In this document: piece by piece, positions 43,446-47,688 of the stretch
Layout of the letters: every line of letters begins with the position of its first letter
How positions within the stretch are numbered: position 1 is the first letter of the stretch
Source of the DNA: Minisyncoccia bacterium
Lineage (GTDB): Bacteria; Patescibacteriota; Minisyncoccia; SW-4-49-11
Length of the DNA: 47,688 bases
Reading direction: 5' to 3'
Assembly: GCA_044341565.1 (NCBI GenBank)
Contig: JBIIRM010000008.1
Coordinates: forward strand, 1-47,688
The notes under the pieces: model-generated
What the model saw: only the letters and a program-made list of their open reading frames with translations
Told to the model about the DNA's origin: nothing
Databases searched by the model: none
Made by a program: the position numbers and the translations under genes

Positions 43446-46163
43446 TTAATTGAAGTCTTTTTTACGGAATATTTTTCTCCATACAAATCGTCGAGTATGA
43501 GCCAAGGCAACATAGAATACCGGATAGGCAAATATTACCAATAGGGTACTAGATGCGAGTCCGAATACCAATGCATAGGCAAGCCCTTCCCAGAACGGGT
43601 CAGCAAAGGCGAGAGGCAGTATACCAACAATAGTTGAGAGAGAAGTAGTAATCAAAGCTCGGAAACGATATTTGATTGCCCCAGAAATTGATTCTCGAAT
43701 AGATCCCGTTTCTGCTAAGACTGTATTAGAATAGTCGAGTAAGAGAATAGTATTATTAACTACAATACCGACAAGCCCCGTAATACCAATTAAGGCAAAG
43801 AAGCTCAGAGGATTATTGGTCAAATAGAGTCCAAAGAATAATCCAGGGAATGAGAATGGTACGGCCATTAAGATAAGGAATGGTTGACTCAAGGAATTGA
43901 ATTGCAATACCAAGAGTATATACATAATGATAATAGCCGCAATAAGAGCAAATATTGCTGATTGGAAGGAGTCAAGATTTTCTCCTTGTTGTCCTAGATC
44001 AAATGCAACTCCATCTTTAGCTAAATCATATTTAGCACGGAATTCATCAGTATCAAATTTTTCTTTGATAGCAGTTTGAGCTTCTAATACCAAATTAGTA
44101 TTCTCAGGGTCAGATACTGCAACTTGTACAGAAGCATAACGTCGGCCATCTTTTCGGGTAATAGTATCAATATTATTGATAATGACATCTTTGATTTCAC
44201 CACCATCTAATTTGATATCTTGAGTAAAGTCTCGAATTTCTTTGGTTGAATTCTCAAGAGTTTTTTGGTCATCTGAGAATACTTGGAAAGTAATTTGATA
44301 ATCATCGGTTGGAGGCCCAGCTCCAGATATACCAGCCTTTACTTTCAAATCCTTAAGCTTTACATTATCTGCAATTTTATCATTAATTTCTGCTACCATA
44401 GTTGCAGAAGTTTTCTCTCTTTCTCCAAGAGGAGTAAGAGTAATATACATCAATACACCAGATGCATCTGCATTAAAGTAGGTAATATCATCAATATAAT
44501 CTGCATTGGTATCCTTTATGATTTTCTCAATTTCCTTAGTGGTATCAATAGATTTCTGAAGATCACGATTATCTTTTAATATAGAAGTAACCGTAATCTC
44601 ATTGGTGTCTTTGGCTGGAGCAAAAATAGCAAATTTGAGCTTACTTGCAGTAAATATTCCTCCTCCGATAAGTGCTATCGTCAAAACAAATATTATCGTA
44701 CTACGCCATATATTATTAAGATACCAATTGGTATACTGATACACCTTAATATTAATCCAATCAATAATACCAGGAACAAAATAGAGAACATTATATAATG
44801 CTTTACTAATACCTTTTCTTTTTACTTTAACTCCAGTCTCAGCCTCATAATGAGGTAATACCAGATTTGCAAAGAAAGGAATCAGAGTAAGACTTACAAT
44901 AAGAGATAAAGCTAAAGTCAAGATAACGGTAATAGGAATAAGCTTAATAAATTCTCCTAAAGTACCAGATACAAGAGCAATAGGAATAAAGGCTAGAATG
45001 GTAGTAACAGTTCCTGATATATCAGCTAGCCCAACAGTATTAATGGCCTTTATAACCGCTTGTTTACCTCGGTGTCCCGCTTTACGGGCATTATCAATAG
45101 CATCAATCACAAGAATAGCATCATCGGCGATTAATCCAATCACCAGAATCAGTCCAAATAAAGTCAGGGTATTAAGAGAATATCCAATCAGATATAATCC
45201 TAAAGAAGTAAGTGCAATAGAGACAGGGATAAACACCGCAATTACAATAGAAGCTCTCCAGTTAACAATTAATATCATAATAATCATTACTGCAAGAAGC
45301 CCAGATATAGCACTTTCCTGGAGTAAAGATAATTGAGCTTTGAGTGAATTAGAAGCATCTCCACCCCCAAATATCACATCATATCCATCTAAATCCCCTG
45401 AATCTTTGAGCTTTTGAACTTTATCTTGAATAGCCTGTGAGAATTCAATAGTACCAACATTAGTGTCTCTGACAGCACCAATAAGAATGGCATCAGTAAA
45501 TACTAATTTATTATCAGCATTACGATGAGCAGATCTTCCAAATTTAATTTGCTCTAAATTAGATTCTCCCGTAATAGGATTCGTTTGAACTTCTTGTAAA
45601 TCAATTACATTTGTTCGAATAACTGAATTAACAGCATCTATTTCCTTTGCTACAAAATTAGCTTTATCTTGTAATTCTTGAGTAGATTTCCCATTGCTAA
45701 TCAAACTGAATACAAGGTCATTTTCTCCATCAAAAGAAGCAGCATTAATAGTGACAAAAGAAGGCTTGGTATCCTTGGGTAGGGTAGCGCCATTAACTGC
45801 ATCCTCTAATAATTTAGCCCCAGCCTTAGAAGTTGTACCTTCTTTGAACTCGACTGTAATATTAGAGAAATTATCAGTGCTGGTAGAGGTAATAGCTTTA
45901 ATCTCCTGTATACTTCCAATAGCCGATTTAATTGGGCCGGTAACATCTTTATCTACAAGCCCTTTGTCATTAACAAAATAAGGCGTTTGAATAAGGGCAA
46001 CCGGAACCTCAATAGTAGGGAAGCCTTCTCGTTTAAGGAATGTGGTATAAGCCGCAGTTCCAATTGCAAGAATACCCACTAATAAAAGAACAGTAATTCG
46101 CCATTTATTCAGGAAGAATAAGGCAATTTTTGTTAATGCATCTGGTTTATTGGATGTATCCAT
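43446..46163 (-). CDS. RND-superfamily efflux/export permease (AcrB/AcrD/AcrF-like)
   Basis: A 905-aa protein with a 12-TM-type layout. The N-terminus is LTKIALFFLNKWRITVLLLVGILAIG...FPTIEVPVALIQTPY. Two large extracytoplasmic loops and conserved GLIADDAILVIDAI and GIVVNNTILLLDY segments are present. No adaptor or outer-membrane partner gene is adjacent. Confidence 0.85.
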   Translation of the reverse strand: MDTSNKPDALTKIALFFLNKWRITVLLLVGILAIGTAAYTTFLKREGFPTIEVPVALIQTPYFVNDKGLVDKDVTGPIKSAIGSIQEIKAITSTSTDNFSNITVEFKEGTTSKAGAKLLEDAVNGATLPKDTKPSFVTINAASFDGENDLVFSLISNGKSTQELQDKANFVAKEIDAVNSVIRTNVIDLQEVQTNPITGESNLEQIKFGRSAHRNADNKLVFTDAILIGAVRDTNVGTIEFSQAIQDKVQKLKDSGDLDGYDVIFGGGDASNSLKAQLSLLQESAISGLLAVMIIMILIVNWRASIVIAVFIPVSIALTSLGLYLIGYSLNTLTLFGLILVIGLIADDAILVIDAIDNARKAGHRGKQAVIKAINTVGLADISGTVTTILAFIPIALVSGTLGEFIKLIPITVILTLALSLIVSLTLIPFFANLVLPHYEAETGVKVKRKGISKALYNVLYFVPGIIDWINIKVYQYTNWYLNNIWRSTIIFVLTIALIGGGIFTASKLKFAIFAPAKDTNEITVTSILKDNRDLQKSIDTTKEIEKIIKDTNADYIDDITYFNADASGVLMYITLTPLGEREKTSATMVAEINDKIADNVKLKDLKVKAGISGAGPPTDDYQITFQVFSDDQKTLENSTKEIRDFTQDIKLDGGEIKDVIINNIDTITRKDGRRYASVQVAVSDPENTNLVLEAQTAIKEKFDTDEFRAKYDLAKDGVAFDLGQQGENLDSFQSAIFALIAAIIIMYILLVLQFNSLSQPFLILMAVPFSFPGLFFGLYLTNNPLSFFALIGITGLVGIVVNNTILLLDYSNTVLAETGSIRESISGAIKYRFRALITTSLSTIVGILPLAFADPFWEGLAYALVFGLASSTLLVIFAYPVFYVALAHTRRFVWRKIFRKKDFN

Positions 46164-46257
46164 ACTGATAATTAATTACTACATAGAGTTGCTGCATTCA
46201 GTATATACGATATATAGGTTTCTAGCAAACAAAATAATAGATTGCTAAATGAAAAAG

Positions 46258-46278
46258 AGGAGCTCATATTGAGCTCCT
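46258..46278 (-). terminator. rho-independent terminator of the small Cys protein gene
   Basis: AGGAGCTCA-tat-TGAGCTCCT is a 9-bp stem, followed on the minus strand by CTTTTTC. It lies 31 nt beyond the stop at 46309. Confidence 0.65.
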
Positions 46279-46308
46279 TGGTGAGAGGGGGGTAGAGCGC
46301 ATCCTTAT

Positions 46309-46563
46309 TCAGTCAGGCTCATAGAATGCACTGGAGTAGGGGAGGGCTTCAGTAAGGTTGAATGCCTCTTTTCGAGACATGGAGTTCAATTGCCGTGTGC
46401 GACAACAGCTACAGAATCTTCCATTTTGTTCGAATACCCGCACTTCTCCATGAACTCGAATGTGGATATCTGCGCCTACCCAGCGTGAGACTTGATTTGT
46501 GCAATTAGGCGTTGCACATGGGGCATTGAGTACATAATCAAGAATCCGATCAAGAAATGACAT
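46309..46563 (-). CDS. small (84 aa) Cys-containing hypothetical protein, relatively G+C-rich
   Basis: MSFLDRILDYVLNAPCATPNCTNQV...GRFCSCCRTRQLN carries CxxxxC plus CxCC, a possible metal site. It has its own terminator. I recognise no family. Confidence 0.5.
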   Translation of the reverse strand: MSFLDRILDYVLNAPCATPNCTNQVSRWVGADIHIRVHGEVRVFEQNGRFCSCCRTRQLNSMSRKEAFNLTEALPYSSAFYEPD

Positions 46564-46635
46564 GACAGAAAGTCGAGTTTACAAAAATAACCATACCATA
46601 TTTTTGCAAAAATGTCAATATGTATAAACAATTTA

Positions 46636-46890
46636 TTATTTTGTATATATAAATCTCTGGATAGCAAGAGTCGACCAAAGTATAACTGATATCACGGTCA
46701 CAGCAGTAGATAACCAAAGTTCGAGAGAAGCAAAAGATAAACCAATTGCAGTTAAAGACAGAGCATAAGGAATAGAAGTCCAATAGCGAACTGGTCCTAT
46801 TTTGGTCTTAAAGCCCAATACAACCTGAGGTATCAGAGATAGGGAAATAATAATGCTCGCAATAGTAATAACAATATCTTGTATATTCAT
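46636..46890 (-). CDS. SemiSWEET/PQ-loop family small membrane transporter (3 TM)
   Basis: An 84-aa protein with three TM helices and a PQ motif in TM1 (ASIIISLSLIPQVVLGFKTK). Its size and layout match bacterial SemiSWEETs. Confidence 0.55.
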   Translation of the reverse strand: MNIQDIVITIASIIISLSLIPQVVLGFKTKIGPVRYWTSIPYALSLTAIGLSFASLELWLSTAVTVISVILWSTLAIQRFIYTK

Positions 46891-46974
46891 AAAATAATTT
46901 AGTATATATGTATAGTAAACCGATATATAACTCTAGTCAATAAATCAAATATCTGATAAAATAATCAAGATAAT

Positions 46975-47060
46975 GGAGAGTTCGCATAGTTGGTCTAGTG
47001 CGCACGCTTGGAAAGCGTGTATACCGCAAGGTATCAAGAGTTCGAATCTCTTACTCTCCG
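46975..47060 (+). tRNA. tRNA-Ser (anticodon GGA), class II with a long variable arm
   Basis: Acceptor GGAGAGT/ACTCTCC plus discriminator G. D-arm GCA/TGC with a GG loop. Anticodon stem CACGC/GCGTG with loop TTGGAAA. Variable arm ATACC-gcaa-GGTAT. T-arm AAGAG-TTCGAAT-CTCTT. No CCA is encoded. Confidence 0.93.
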
Positions 47061-47063
47061 CAA

Positions 47064-47101
47064 AAATTAAAAATAGGGGTTTTTGCCCCTATTTTTAATT
47101 T
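47064..47101 (+). terminator. long hairpin terminator after tRNA-Ser
   Basis: AAATTAAAAATAGGGG-tttttg-CCCCTATTTTTAATTT is a 16-bp perfect stem. Confidence 0.7.
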
Positions 47102-47130
47102 CCGTGAGTTAGTAAAGAGAAATTCGAACT

Positions 47131-47305
47131 CGGGAAGGGGTCGGGAAACGGAAGTTTCCTGTGGCGGAAGTAATCAATACCCCTAGATAGGAAGGCAATG
47201 AGGAGCTTGCTCCGAATGTCGGAAACCGTGGGTGTCCGAGATGGGGTTGTAGGGGTATTGAGGGAACTGAGGGGGTTTCAAAGAGCAAATCCCATTTGCG
47301 ACGAG
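47131..47305 (+). repeat. G+C-rich mosaic stem-loop cassette, copy D
   Basis: CGGGAAGGGGTCGGGAAACGGAAGTTTCCTGTGGCGGAAG (47131-47170) is colinear with 17662-17704. GGAAACCGTGGGTGTCC is present. The 21-nt core GAGCAAATCCCATTTGCGACG (47283-47303) is identical to 17730-17750. More hairpins follow up to about 47413. Confidence 0.85.
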
Positions 47306-47325
47306 TTCGGAATCTCTTACTATCT
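47303..47325 (+). repeat. degenerate direct repeat of the tRNA-Ser 3' end (att-like)
   Basis: GAGTTCGGAATCTCTTACTATCT compared with GAGTTCGAATCTCTTACTCTCC in the tRNA (47038-47059): one inserted G and two substitutions near the 3' end. Confidence 0.75.
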
Positions 47326-47512
47326 ATATTCCGACACTCGGGAATAAATCCCTCGCTGCCTTCCTGCACGGGGGATTTTGCCTTCATACATACGATGTAT
47401 GAAATCCTGAAGGAGTTATTTAGATTCAAACTTCATTTTTAATTGGACTAAATAAATTTTAGTTGGTATTCTATTTATTAGGTGGTATATCAGTTAATCT
47501 AAAAATAATTTT

Positions 47513-47688
47513 ATGTTGAATATATTGTTTTTAATATTACCATTGGCGATAGTAGATAGCTTAAATCCCTTTACTATTGCAACACATGTTTTTTTATTAA
47601 CCACAAAGAATCCTTTGCCAAAGGCAATTTTTCATATTATTGGTATCTATTTAATGTATTTGATAGGTGGTATTTTAATATTTTTAGG
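47513..47688 (+). CDS. 5' end of a polytopic membrane protein gene (GAP/Sap-like; partial, runs off the window)
   Basis: ATG 47513 opens a frame with no stop up to the window edge: MLNILFLILPLAIVDSLNPFTIATHVFLLTTKNPLPKAIFHIIGIYLMYLIGGILIFL. It is absent from the ORF track because it is unterminated. Confidence 0.55.
   Translation, partial: MLNILFLILPLAIVDSLNPFTIATHVFLLTTKNPLPKAIFHIIGIYLMYLIGGILIFL

Noticed and set aside
46998-47429. ORFs 46998-47186 (+) and 47109-47429 (-) around tRNA-Ser and cassette copy D
   Set aside because: The first starts inside the tRNA gene and runs through its terminator. The second is the antisense of the hairpin cassette. Neither has a plausible protein-like sequence.
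1-47688. Alternative genetic code (UGA recoding, as in Gracilibacteria/Absconditabacteria)
   Set aside because: All conserved genes are intact under code 11. TGA terminates well-supported genes exactly where the next gene begins (31406-31408, 33839-33841).

Overview
This is an A+T-rich bacterial window that uses the standard genetic code (TGA is a stop at 31406-31408 and 33839-33841). It is densely packed with housekeeping genes: ftsK, eno, recJ, rnpB, def-fmt, priA, greA, metG, gatB, gyrA, rpsL-rpsG-fusA, rarA and one tRNA-Ser(GGA). Among them are gene types I associate with Candidate Phyla Radiation / Patescibacteria-like genomes (an inference, since no rRNA is present). These are a type IV prepilin fused to LamG-FN3-LamG, a tandem array of small TrbC/VirB2-type 'T4SS pilin' paralogues, a 1315-aa lineage-specific membrane protein, and no Shine-Dalgarno sequence upstream of any gene start I checked (about 25). 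The ORF track does not explain three things. (1) A family of G+C-rich mosaic stem-loop cassettes sits at four intergenic loci (17454-17956, 38577-38778, 42131-42206, 47131-47305). They share one backbone, differ by whole-hairpin insertions, deletions and swaps, and one copy is bracketed by a duplicated tRNA-Ser 3' end. (2) An apparent operon (29460-35610 and onward to 36556) links a methyltransferase, an orphan solute-binding protein, a Cys-rich pilin/lytic-transglycosylase-like fusion, a propeller-like protein and five pilin paralogues, with no secretion ATPase in the window. (3) An RNase P RNA lies at 10086-10416. Smaller oddities are a tandem aspartate-less receiver protein, a PriA lacking Walker A and DEAH, and two patches of higher G+C. 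All calls come from reading the sequence and from motif memory. No database search was run.
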